A DNA stretch of 62,756 nt, counting the filler, from Candidatus Coatesbacteria bacterium (GTDB taxonomy: Bacteria; JAFGND01), in the NCBI GenBank assembly GCA_016927185.1. It is 5 parts of 5 records of this genome, joined end to end, with 100 filler letters (N's around TTAATTAATTAA, not from the genome) between each part and the next. Parts side by side here need not be neighbours in the genome. Positions count along the whole stretch, not along the records: positions 1 to 30,772 come from JAFGND010000001.1; positions 30,873 to 48,409 come from JAFGND010000098.1; 3 more parts are not named here. One strand, written 5' to 3'. Shown in pieces: positions 29,274 through 39,509 of this stretch. The first letter of the stretch is position 1; the number at the start of each line of letters is the position of its first letter. The notes below the pieces were generated by a model that searched no databases, was not told the DNA's origin, and saw only the letters and a list, made by a program, of their open reading frames with translations. The translations under genes and the position numbers were made by a program.

Positions 29274-30647
29274 TTAATTAATCTTTATTATCCTCTTGCA
29301 TTCCTTCCCACTCTTCACAATATAAACTCCCTCTCTCCATTTGCTTGTATCAAGAGAATGCTTGCCTTTGGAGAGGTTCATTATAAACTGACCAGTCAGG
29401 GAATATACTGCTCCTGAGGAAGGAAGAGAAACTGACAAGTGGGTTGAGAATGGGTTGGGGGAGATGGAGAGGGAGGGGGTGGGAAGGGATTTAGTAGAAA
29501 CATAAGAAGAGAATCCAGTTTCACCGTCTTTATCAGTTTTAACAAGATAAATATCGAAGTCCAAGCCATGAGTTTCTGTATACCGATCACCTGCAATATA
29601 ATAACCATCGCTTGTCACTATTATGTGTACTCCTCTTTCAGCAGAATTATCTTCACCATAAGTTCTACTCCAGATCTTATTACCTGCATTGTCTGTTTTC
29701 AACAAATACAAAAAACCCTCACGTGAGGATTTACTCCAATCCCAGCCTGTTACTATATAGTCATTGTTTTCGTCCTGTTTAACACAGATTCCAACTGTAG
29801 TATCATTCTCCTTAAATGTCTTTTCCCATTCCTTGATACCATCTGCATTTGTTTTGAGAAGGCATAGTTCGTTTTCATAATCACCTGTGATAATGAAACC
29901 TCCATCATTTGTTATTTCTACGCATTCCCCAATGTCATTACCTGTATCACCAAACATTTTTTCCCATACTATATTTCCTTCACTATCTATCTTCATTAAA
30001 AAGACTTTTGTTGTATCTTCTTGATTATTTCTCGTACTTCCTGCTGTAATAAATCCTCCATCATTCAGTTTCGAAATAGATGAAAGACTAGAATGTCCCA
30101 ATCCTGAATTTGCATATTGCTTTTCCCAGATTATGTTACCTGTACTGTCAGTTCTCAGTAGATAAATATCATGACTTTCAGATTTGTTGAAAGTACTTCC
30201 TATTATTATTATATCACCATTATCTGCTTCTACCAAGGAGATGCCATAATTGTAATCGTTAGAACCATATACCTTACTCCATAATTCATTATATTCCTTA
30301 TCTACTTTCATCAAATATACTTGTCCAAAAGCGTTTCTATATTTAATTGTTCCAACAATAATTAGAGAACCATCAGTTGTATTTATCATATTAAAGGATC
30401 TTATTGTATCAAGCTTGTTGAAATCCTTCTTAAATAAAATACTTCCACTCTTGTCAATCCTGAACAAGCTAATATCAATATTGTCAATTTCGCTCCGTTC
30501 TTGCATTATTTCACATATTGTGAAATTCCCATCTTTATCTTTTATAATCCCAGGATTTTCTTCATTATAGATAGTATCCCCATAATACTTCTCCCAGCCA
30601 AGAAGTAAAGATGGTAAGAGAAATGATAAAAGCAATAGAACTTTCAT
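29274..30647 (-). CDS. secreted beta-propeller repeat protein with T9SS-like C-terminal domain
   Basis: Signal peptide, repeats DGGFIITG...YLLKTD..G...W.K.YG and C-terminal SPNPFS...YSLTGQ...WREGVYIVK...IIKIN. Start ATG 30647 behind AAGGAGG. Confidence 0.85.
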   Translation of the reverse strand: MKVLLLLSFLLPSLLLGWEKYYGDTIYNEENPGIIKDKDGNFTICEIMQERSEIDNIDISLFRIDKSGSILFKKDFNKLDTIRSFNMINTTDGSLIIVGTIKYRNAFGQVYLMKVDKEYNELWSKVYGSNDYNYGISLVEADNGDIIIIGSTFNKSESHDIYLLRTDSTGNIIWEKQYANSGLGHSSLSSISKLNDGGFITAGSTRNNQEDTTKVFLMKIDSEGNIVWEKMFGDTGNDIGECVEITNDGGFIITGDYENELCLLKTNADGIKEWEKTFKENDTTVGICVKQDENNDYIVTGWDWSKSSREGFLYLLKTDNAGNKIWSRTYGEDNSAERGVHIIVTSDGYYIAGDRYTETHGLDFDIYLVKTDKDGETGFSSYVSTKSLPTPSLSISPNPFSTHLSVSLPSSGAVYSLTGQFIMNLSKGKHSLDTSKWREGVYIVKSGKECKRIIKIN

Positions 30648-30772
30648 ATTAACCTCCTTGAATTTATTCCTTATTTTTGGCAATACTTTTATAAAATCTA
30701 TACCCAATAACATTCTGGTAGATTTTATATTATCTTTCTTTGTAAATCTCCATATAGTCAAAAAAAAAAAAA

Positions 30773-30872
30773 NNNNNNNNNNNNNNNNNNNNNNNNNNNN
30801 NNNNNNNNNNNNNNNNTTAATTAATTAANNNNNNNNNNNNNNNNNNNNNNNNNNNNNNNNNNNNNNNNNNNN
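30773..30872. other. artificial contig linker
   Basis: N44-TTAATTAATTAA-N44, a stop-codon linker. Confidence 0.98.
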
Positions 30873-32940
30873 GAAATTCTTCTATTGCATTAGTAAGAAT
30901 TATATCAAAAATCCTTCTATCTATCCATCTTGATGAAACAAGCTGAGCCAAAAAACCTTTTTCACTAATATGCTTAGATGCTTCTTTATAGAATTCCCTG
31001 GAATAAAATCTATCCTGTCCCAATTGCCATATAATTCTGGAGTCCATTATTATTATATCGTATTTATTCTTGTTCCACATCAAGTAAGTAAACTCATCTT
31101 CTTTAAAGTGATTAAACTTATTTTGAGAAGAATTCAAACTCAGATTCGTTATCTTGGATATTTTCTGGAAAATATTGCTATAGGGTGAAACAAAGTCCAC
31201 ATTTCTGTTTGCAAGAAAAGACAAACTATACTCAATTAATCCAGATCTGTCTCCCAGGACTAATGTATTGTTTGATTCTATAAACATGTTTGGTATTGTG
31301 CTTAATAGTACTGGGGCTGAAGACAGGTTTTTGTTATTGAAATTGATTTGTCTAATACCGTTTATAAATAACTCATATTCTCCATCTTCTTTCTTATTTT
31401 CATTTTCAATCAACATATAATTCTGGATTATATCATCTTTATGAAAGACCACATTTCTCTTTTCCTTGTTATTTATAAAAGCCTTGAATTCAATAGATTG
31501 CCATTGACTATGTATATTCGTACTCCATAAACCTAAGGAAACCCATGGGCTTCTCATATAAAGGAAAACTATTATAATGGCTAAGACAGAGAAACTTAGA
31601 AGTGTTTTGTATCTTTTTTTCCACACTGGGGAAGAAAAAAGAAGTAAAACTCCAAATAAAAAAGACATTATTACATTCAAGAAAAAAGCTTTTTTGATTC
31701 CCCAGCTAGGAACTACAAGTATTTGAGTAAGGAATATTCCTGCTATGCTTCCCCATAAAAGGTAATTAATCATTCTTGATAGTGATGCTCCCTGTGCTTT
31801 TGGATTGATTGTCATCAAATCTACTGTCTTAATAAAACCAGATACTAATAGAGATACAGGTGGAATTATAAAAGAAGACAAAAGGAGAAAAATAAAAGCG
31901 TTAATAAAATAAAAGGTTATTCTTGTGTGATAGAACCAGTGATTTATATGTTCTATCCAATAAGGAAGTCTTGGATACAGGATAAGGCTTAGCATGAAGC
32001 ATAGGGATGATATGAATGAAGTCACTCCCCATCCTGGCAATACAGATTGTATCTTAGTACTTCCTTTGAAATTCAAGATGCATCCTATTCCAAGAGAGAG
32101 AAGAAAAATAGTATTAATAAGAATAAAAGTGATTTGATTAGAAAAGAGGATTATAGAGAAGAGTTTCTGCCAAAGTATCAGGCAAGCACCAAGTACCCAT
32201 CCAAGCATCAAGCAAGCTATCAATATCATTTTTTTCTGTGCTTGCGAGAAAGCTTGTTTTGATGAATAAGCTCCATTTCCTTCATCTAATTCTCTCTTCA
32301 AAATGGCAGGATGAGCCCATGTTGATCTCAATAAAGTTAATCCCACTATTATCACTAAATATAGCAAAGATGTCGCTATATAATACAACTTGAAAGTGAA
32401 ATAATAGCTACCAACCAGCAATGCATAAACAAGAAGACCTAAGCATGATGAAAAGAAGTAGATGCAAACAGCTTCAATAATCACTTTCTTGAAATCTTGT
32501 GTCAGTTTTATTATGTATCTGGTGAATAAAATTATATTTGAAGAAATAAAAAAACAAAAAGGAATAATTATTAATGAAATCCAGATAATTTTTAAAATGC
32601 TTAAACCAGGGCTTCCTTTAAAAGCAGCTTGTCCTATATATATATATATTGGATTAATCAATCTTAAAACCTGTTCAAAACAAAGCCACCAAATCAAGAA
32701 TCCACATTGTGATATTATATATAATCTCAGTATGTCTTTTGAAGTATCGCTTTTCTTCCCCCAATAGCTTAATCCTGAAATAAAACCTATTATTATCAAG
32801 AAAGGTAATGAAATAGATGTAAATAACGTATACCCCGAATAATAAAACGAAATCCTGATTGCATAAATCAATGCAGGAAAAGCAATCAATCCTGAAAGGA
32901 AAAGAGAAATTGATAAGATAATGTTAATCCTCTTATCCAT
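30873..32940 (-). CDS. multi-TM protein fused to a spermidine synthase-like domain (3' truncated by contig end)
   Basis: About 13 TM segments then LFING...LVLG..SG...KYDIIIMD...FYSREFY. Confidence 0.75.
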
Positions 32941-32944
32941 GACT

Positions 32945-34849
32945 TCATTCAGACAAAGCTATAACTTTATCTTCATCCTTTACTATGAATTTCTCATCTT
33001 TGTTCAAATTAATACGTATATTATTCTCTTTCCGAGTATTCTGGATAATACCGAGGGCTACATCTCCCCTTCTCTTTGCTGAAGCTATTAATTCCGCAAA
33101 AGTTGCGGTCTTATTTATTGGAAGATAATATGAAACAGGTTTTAGATAAATCTCATAACCTTCTGGATTGAATAATTCCCGGAAAATTTGATTAATACTC
33201 CTGTTCTCACTTATTTGTGAAAAAATCATTGAAATCAGTTTATTACTTACTATAAAATCATTTATTGCGGATATTGTAGCTAATTCCTTGTTTTTTATTG
33301 AAAGAATCTCTGATGAAATATTTACTTCAGATCTTCTTTCAGGATATTGCTGCATGATCTCCCTTAATATCAATAATACTATCAATGTTTTTGCATCAGA
33401 AGATTCAAGATTGTCATATAAAAGCTGATCACTCAATATAATAATGCTGGTAAACGAAATAGGATCAATATTAAGTAATTCCTTTTTTCTAATTGGTGAA
33501 CCTTTCTTGTATTCTATATTCAGATTATTCAGATCTCCTACTACTTCTTTTATATATTTATTTGCAAATTCCTCCTCTTGCTCACTAAATATCAAGCAGC
33601 TTGAACCTTTAGATACATATTGATCCAGCTGCTGCAAGATAAATGCTATCTCCCTTGACCAGTTAACAAGTAGAAACCTTTCAGGAATATGAGCATCATC
33701 TACTGATAGTTTTGATTCATCGGGAAGAACGGGTGGAGATTTATATGAAATCTTCAAAGGATAATCATCTTCCATCATTATTATAATCCTGTCATCTCCA
33801 CGTATTATTTCTTCATCAGGAGGATTTAGCTTATGTTTACCGTTTCTCACTAATCCTATCAATGTTCCATTATCTATAGCGAACATGGCGCTGTAGTAAG
33901 TTTTGCCTGATAGTTCTTTAGGTACATCAACAAAATAAAACTCACTTCCCTCGAAAGAAAGCAGGTGCTCATATATTAAAGATAAACCAGATTGCCTTGC
34001 TGTCTGGACAACAATCCGGGAAATGATACCACATGAAAAAACTATTTCCACTTCCTTTCCAAGAGTTTCAAAAAGCTGTATATTCTCTTCATTCTGAACT
34101 TCTACTATAATTTGAAATGGTTCAGTTCTCCTATTTGGATGATTCAAAATAGCCATAATCACTTTGAGATTTCTTGTATCGCTATCCAGAGCAGATCTGT
34201 TACTTTCTTCATCTCCTATAATCAATATTGCCTTAGTTTCATTGAAATTAACCATCTCCAAACTAGCTAAATCTATAGGATCTCCTGACCTGAATATTAC
34301 CTTTGTAGTCTTGAAGTCATCAATTTTGAGTTTCACAGCATCTTCCATTGTCTCCTTGTCTTCATCTGCAAGAATAACTATTTTGGCAGAAGCCTGGTTT
34401 TCGTTAGCTCTTATCAGTTCCTCAACAATAGTGAATATCTTGTTATTCCATCCAATAATTAATGTATGATTACTTTCTATTACAAAAGTTTTCCCCTTCT
34501 TTAATTCAGAAATCCTGCTCTCAATCTGGCTTGTCAAAAGACCTATCAACAGACTCATTAACAGAATTCCTAAAAGAGTTATGAAAAAGACAACAAAAAG
34601 AAATCCAAGAGGTGGATTTTCATGAGAAGCTATTGCACCAGGATCAATCAAATGAGTGAATGCATACCATATTGCCCTTGATGCACTACCATTGACTTTT
34701 GCATCTGCCAATATTCTTATCCCAACTGCTCCAAACAAGATTATTATTACAGACAGAACAACAAGTCCAATTATTTGTGAATATGGATTTCTAGAAAAAA
34801 AGTCATCCAGGTAATAAGAGACTCTTTCCTTGAGTGTTATTTTTTTCAT
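32945..34849 (-). CDS. CASTOR/POLLUX-related ion channel
   Basis: W..FTHLIDPG pore region, LKKGKT.VIE.NHTLIIGWN, two RCK-like domains and G.EIYLKP. Confidence 0.85.
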   Translation of the reverse strand: MKKITLKERVSYYLDDFFSRNPYSQIIGLVVLSVIIILFGAVGIRILADAKVNGSASRAIWYAFTHLIDPGAIASHENPPLGFLFVVFFITLLGILLMSLLIGLLTSQIESRISELKKGKTFVIESNHTLIIGWNNKIFTIVEELIRANENQASAKIVILADEDKETMEDAVKLKIDDFKTTKVIFRSGDPIDLASLEMVNFNETKAILIIGDEESNRSALDSDTRNLKVIMAILNHPNRRTEPFQIIVEVQNEENIQLFETLGKEVEIVFSCGIISRIVVQTARQSGLSLIYEHLLSFEGSEFYFVDVPKELSGKTYYSAMFAIDNGTLIGLVRNGKHKLNPPDEEIIRGDDRIIIMMEDDYPLKISYKSPPVLPDESKLSVDDAHIPERFLLVNWSREIAFILQQLDQYVSKGSSCLIFSEQEEEFANKYIKEVVGDLNNLNIEYKKGSPIRKKELLNIDPISFTSIIILSDQLLYDNLESSDAKTLIVLLILREIMQQYPERRSEVNISSEILSIKNKELATISAINDFIVSNKLISMIFSQISENRSINQIFRELFNPEGYEIYLKPVSYYLPINKTATFAELIASAKRRGDVALGIIQNTRKENNIRINLNKDEKFIVKDEDKVIALSE

Positions 34850-35157
34850 TTCTTCCTCTCAATATTCTTTTTCCTTGAATCTCTCCACCACTTCAAATAT
34901 GCACATTTTGATGGTAAATATCTCTTGGATTTTACCTGGGAAAGCTTCAATTTCTTGCATTCTGGATTTATTTCAAATCTATTTTTATAAATTTTACATA
35001 ACATACTTTCCATATCCAGGTATTGACATGGAATATCCGTGAAAATAAGCCTTCCATTACTGTCATAATACTTTTCAAAACAGCAAGATCCGCATTTTAA
35101 GCAGATAGCCTCCCATTCCTTAGTAGTTATCTTATCAAGTTTTATTGATTTTGCCAA
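34846..35157 (-). CDS. YkgJ/YcgN-family cysteine cluster protein
   Basis: WEAICLKCGSCC...PCQYLD....CKIY..RF...PEC...LP..CAY. Confidence 0.85.
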   Translation of the reverse strand: MAKSIKLDKITTKEWEAICLKCGSCCFEKYYDSNGRLIFTDIPCQYLDMESMLCKIYKNRFEINPECKKLKLSQVKSKRYLPSKCAYLKWWRDSRKKNIERKK

Positions 35158-37577
35158 TGGTCAAGAAGCCTTTGGGCTTTTGCTTTTACTTCGTTCTCAC
35201 CTCTATTGACAGCCAGGTTCAGCAATCCCCTAACCTGATCCAATTTATAGTTTGCTAAAGCCTCCAATACTGCTATCTTGGTTTCAATCAGGGGTTGACG
35301 ATTAAAAATCCTCCATTCATTTAGAATTGCTTCAAAATAAACCAATGCTTCTTTATTCTGCATTTTACCAAAGGTTTTTATTATTGTCTTTTTCATAGTG
35401 CTCATATCCTGATCAGACATCAATTCCTCTTTCATCTTTCCTACCAGTTTCTGCTTGGTAGACAGGAAAGGAGAGAGAACATATACTGTCTGATCCCCAC
35501 CCCATCCAGAAAGAAGCTCAATGGCTATTACTCTTATTCCAAGTATTGGATCTGTGGTTGCAATTTTAAGCAAGGTATCTTCAATCTTCTCTCTTGGTCC
35601 TGGTAGTGCAGCAATAGCTTCCAGAGCAGTCTGTCTTAACTGTTCATTCTTGTCTTCCAATGTAGGCAATAATAAAGTAAATTCCTCCTCTGTTCCTACT
35701 TGACCGAGTAATTTTAAAATCCTTATCTTTGCAGTTGTTCCTGCCTGTGGAAGAACCCTTGCAAGAGGACCTGTCAATTCAGTTCCAAAGCTAAGTAATA
35801 CCTGACTCAAAATATATGCTCTTGATGGATCCGGCTCTTCTGTCAAATATTCAATCAATCTGGGAATAGCAGGCATTCCAAGAGTTATAAGGACTTCCTT
35901 GACTTCAGTTTTAAGATCCTCATGTCCGAATGCCTCTATAAAGGATTCAAGGCTTTCAATACCCCAAACCTCAGCAAGTGTTTCCAGTATCTTCCTTTTA
36001 GCTCCAGCTGGAATTATCGAAAATGGTTTCAGCTGATATTCAAGTTCTCTTTTTATTAATAGCAAAACCTCTTTCTGACCTCTCGATTTCGCCAAGGTAG
36101 CTTCTTTACTCAAGCAACTGACTAAACCTTTGAGAATATTAGCATTTTTTTCTGTTTTTAAGTGCTTTGCCAGCAATTGGGCAAGTTCAAGAGAAAGGAA
36201 TTTCTCAAAATAAGCATCCATCCTTGCAAGTATGAATCTTATTACATTGAGTCTTGTTTTCAGGCTCTCATCATCCATTTTCCTGTCTATGCTCAAGATC
36301 ATCTTCTCGAAAAGCTCATCCTGTTCTGAAGTATCCTGGTTTTGTGTTTGAAGTCTGTTAAAAGTTGATTCCTTAAGCAGAACTACCCTGTTATCCTTGC
36401 CAACCTGTTCAAGTATTCTTACACCAATGTCATCAGTCATGTTTTCTTCTTTCAGTCTTCCTTCTATTATCTTGGAAAGTTTTGCTATCCTGTTATTATC
36501 AGCTTCTTCAACTGAAGACATGAAATTATTGAGAATCTTCACCTTGTCTTCATCATTAGTATGGATTTCCTTTACATCTCTGTATCTTGATACAACCAAC
36601 TCTATCAATTGTTCATCACTCATGTTCTTGATGGCTGTTCTGAATATTGTACCCATAGAGGAGTCATTTTCATAATCCTGCATAACTCTTTTGTATACAT
36701 TAGGTTCTAGACCTGCTGCAATCTGAGTTATTTGCTTGGCATAATTTTGCCAGTCTTTTCCACCCTTGACTCTGAAAAGAACGCTTGTCATACTTTCAAA
36801 AGCTTTTACTATCTCATCATCTTTCTGTTTCTCTCCTCCACCTTTAACTAAAGCTTCATTGATTGCATTAACTAATTCAGGTCCTAATTCTTGCTCATCT
36901 AGTATTCTTTCCCTCAAACTTGGATTCAGACCTATTGCCATCTGAGCCATTTTCTTAGTCATTTCATCCCATTTGTCCTTTCCATACAGGCTCATCATGC
37001 TTTGTGCTAGACTCTTGAAGGCAGCAATAACCTGCTCCTGGACTGGATCTTTTCCAGTCTGATCTTCCGTTTCTTCATCAGGAGTAAGATATTTTGTATA
37101 GTCCAGAGTTGTTAATCCTCGTGTTTTAGCTCCTCCCTGCCCTATTATTCCAAACTGCACTTGGTTTATTCCAATCTCATTAATTCCCTTTTCTTTCAAT
37201 AGATCAGCAGCCGTTTTCTTTTCATTTTTTCCAATCGTAGTTGCAAGAAACTGGAGATGTGATGAGGTTAAACCATATCTGAATGAAACAGATTCAATCC
37301 CTCGTTTCATAAGTCTCTTTATATAACTACCAAGAATTGGATTTTTTTCAGGATCAAATTTGATATTGTTTGCAATCATCTTGCTTTCGAAAACTACTAA
37401 GACTAACTCCCCATTTTTCTTGACCCAGTTATTTATCATTCCTGAAACCTGATCGAATATCTTCAATGGATGAGGATGTCCAGCAGGATAAGTAATAAAA
37501 AGTTGTGTTCCAAGCGATAGCTTCTGAACTATATCACCAATGTCCTTGGCAAGTTTCTCGTCAATTTTTTCAGTCAT
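35142..37577 (-). CDS. HEAT repeat protein
   Basis: N-terminal YPAGHP motif and C-terminal HEAT-like helical repeats (L.D....LR..ALEAIA). Confidence 0.75.
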   Translation of the reverse strand: MTEKIDEKLAKDIGDIVQKLSLGTQLFITYPAGHPHPLKIFDQVSGMINNWVKKNGELVLVVFESKMIANNIKFDPEKNPILGSYIKRLMKRGIESVSFRYGLTSSHLQFLATTIGKNEKKTAADLLKEKGINEIGINQVQFGIIGQGGAKTRGLTTLDYTKYLTPDEETEDQTGKDPVQEQVIAAFKSLAQSMMSLYGKDKWDEMTKKMAQMAIGLNPSLRERILDEQELGPELVNAINEALVKGGGEKQKDDEIVKAFESMTSVLFRVKGGKDWQNYAKQITQIAAGLEPNVYKRVMQDYENDSSMGTIFRTAIKNMSDEQLIELVVSRYRDVKEIHTNDEDKVKILNNFMSSVEEADNNRIAKLSKIIEGRLKEENMTDDIGVRILEQVGKDNRVVLLKESTFNRLQTQNQDTSEQDELFEKMILSIDRKMDDESLKTRLNVIRFILARMDAYFEKFLSLELAQLLAKHLKTEKNANILKGLVSCLSKEATLAKSRGQKEVLLLIKRELEYQLKPFSIIPAGAKRKILETLAEVWGIESLESFIEAFGHEDLKTEVKEVLITLGMPAIPRLIEYLTEEPDPSRAYILSQVLLSFGTELTGPLARVLPQAGTTAKIRILKLLGQVGTEEEFTLLLPTLEDKNEQLRQTALEAIAALPGPREKIEDTLLKIATTDPILGIRVIAIELLSGWGGDQTVYVLSPFLSTKQKLVGKMKEELMSDQDMSTMKKTIIKTFGKMQNKEALVYFEAILNEWRIFNRQPLIETKIAVLEALANYKLDQVRGLLNLAVNRGENEVKAKAQRLLDHWQNQ

Positions 37578-37636
37578 TAATCATTTTTTTTATTCTTTTC
37601 TAAGCAACTAAATAAGCAATTTATGTCAATCCTTTT

Positions 37637-37645
37637 TTATCCACA
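37637..37645 (+). promoter_or_regulatory. single consensus DnaA box
   Basis: TTATCCACA in a divergent intergenic region. Confidence 0.3.
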
Positions 37646-37693
37646 TTTTTTACTTGTAAAAACTGACTGCTATAGGAAAACGGGAATAATAAT

Positions 37694-38863
37694 ATGACTA
37701 GCAAACAAAATATATTTCCTCAAAAACGCCCTCTAGCGGGAAAAACAGAACATACTTCCAAATTGAATCCTCTCTATTTGGTGTTATGGTCTTTTCTTCC
37801 AATTCTCCTCTTTATAATAGCAGACAGTTTCTGGGGACTGGAATGGGGACTAATCGTTGGAATTGCAACAGGATTGATTGAATTTATCTATTCTTTAGCC
37901 AAAGAAAAGAGAGTGGAAAAGTTTATACTTGCTGATGTAGGTTTGTTGATTCTAATGGGTATAATATCATATTTTCTTGATAATCCAATCTTTATAAAAC
38001 TCAAACCAGCTATTCTAGAATTCATGCTTCTGATAATTATCTTAATCAGCATATTTTCTCCTTACAATATTGTATGGTTAATGATGAGTAGAATGACGAG
38101 ATATATAAAATCTGATCTGATAAAACCTCAGTTCAATCAGATGATGAAATTTATAGCTTTGTTATTGATTGTTCACATTGTTCTGACATCATTTTCTGCA
38201 TTTTATTCAAATAAAGTCATATATGCATTCATAAGCGGTCCTTTGCTTTACATCCTCACCGGAATCTTCCTTCTATTTTATTGGATAGCAAAGAAATATT
38301 TCAAATATAAGTCCATTCCTGCTAAGGAATTTCTTGATATAATTGGTGATAATGGAAAAATAATAGGTCAGGCATCAAGAGATCAAGTTCATAGAAATCC
38401 AAACCTGCTTCATCCAGCTGTTCATATGCATATATATAACTCAAACGGGGAAATACTATTGCAGAAACGTTCAGATAGCAAAGATATGTTTCCAGGTAAA
38501 TGGGATACAGCAGTAGGAGGTCATGTCATTAGTGGAGAATTGCCTGATAATGCTATTTTAAGAGAAGCAAAAGAAGAGCTTGGATTAGAAGATATTATTC
38601 CAGAAAGATATATGATATACAGATATCAGGATGATACTCAAAGCGAGCTTATGCATGTATACTTGATAAATCTGGACAGGGAATACAAACCTGATGATAA
38701 TGAGATAAGCGAGATAGCTTTTTTCAAATATGAAGAAATTCTTGAACTGAAAAAAACCGAGGAAATTACACCTACTGCATTTATCGAACTCTCGCATATA
38801 TTTGAAAACACCGATCTTAAGTCATTCATTAAAAAAGAGAAAAGCAAGAAAAAAAAGAAATAA
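37694..38863 (+). CDS. IspZ/YciB-like membrane domain fused to a NUDIX hydrolase
   Basis: DNPIFIKLKP (YciB-like) followed by LLQKRS..K..FPGKWD...GGHV.SGE....A..RE..EELG (Nudix box). Confidence 0.85.
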   Translation: MTSKQNIFPQKRPLAGKTEHTSKLNPLYLVLWSFLPILLFIIADSFWGLEWGLIVGIATGLIEFIYSLAKEKRVEKFILADVGLLILMGIISYFLDNPIFIKLKPAILEFMLLIIILISIFSPYNIVWLMMSRMTRYIKSDLIKPQFNQMMKFIALLLIVHIVLTSFSAFYSNKVIYAFISGPLLYILTGIFLLFYWIAKKYFKYKSIPAKEFLDIIGDNGKIIGQASRDQVHRNPNLLHPAVHMHIYNSNGEILLQKRSDSKDMFPGKWDTAVGGHVISGELPDNAILREAKEELGLEDIIPERYMIYRYQDDTQSELMHVYLINLDREYKPDDNEISEIAFFKYEEILELKKTEEITPTAFIELSHIFENTDLKSFIKKEKSKKKKK

Positions 38864-39505
38864 CTACATTCCCATCATTTTGAGAAAGCTTTTTGAATAG
38901 CTTTCTGAAGCCTTTTCAAGATTCTTGTATTCTCTTATTCCATTGATTATCTCTAGAATATCTGAATCCTTAATGTCTTTGTGAAAATTGAAATTGAATC
39001 TCCAGTATGGTACTGCCTTGAGTTCACCATATTGAATATCCACACTCAGCATGAAGGTGTCTTCCTGAAATCTCATCCTTACACCAGTATCTGATTTTTT
39101 TTCAATCAAGAATGTACTGAGATCATTGCTGAATATTTCTATCCTGTATGGCGGAAGAACATCAGGTCTGTGAAGCACATTCGTGAAATTAATGCCTATA
39201 GCTTTGTAAGGGACATAAGGAACTTGCTTCACGTATTTCGTTGCCATATCTGGTATTGGAGAGAATTTTGGAAGATGAGCTGGATTTGCATCCTCAAAGA
39301 CAAGTCTATTCATATCACAGTTTATCGAAATACCATTCTTGAAGTTCATTTGAGCCATTGGTGGTGTTATTACAGGTGATGAACTCAATTCGAAGCCAGG
39401 ATCATCAGTCCTGAATAGCCCCATCTTCAATAAAAGATCGGGGCTAAAACTTGAAGGATTGTGGTTTTCAGCAAGAATAACTAAAGCAAAATTTACTAAT
39501 TGCAT
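38864..39505 (-). CDS. hypothetical protein
   Basis: ORF directly downstream of fba with HNPS, PYKAIGINF and NFNFH motifs. No function recognised. Confidence 0.7.
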   Translation of the reverse strand: MQLVNFALVILAENHNPSSFSPDLLLKMGLFRTDDPGFELSSSPVITPPMAQMNFKNGISINCDMNRLVFEDANPAHLPKFSPIPDMATKYVKQVPYVPYKAIGINFTNVLHRPDVLPPYRIEIFSNDLSTFLIEKKSDTGVRMRFQEDTFMLSVDIQYGELKAVPYWRFNFNFHKDIKDSDILEIINGIREYKNLEKASESYSKSFLKMMGM

Positions 39506-39509
39506 ATCT

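Noticed and set aside
30773-30872. TTAATTAATTAA palindromes flanked by N runs (also at 48410, 56465 and 59468)
   Set aside because: These are identical 100-nt artificial linkers joining contigs. Gene adjacency across them is meaningless.
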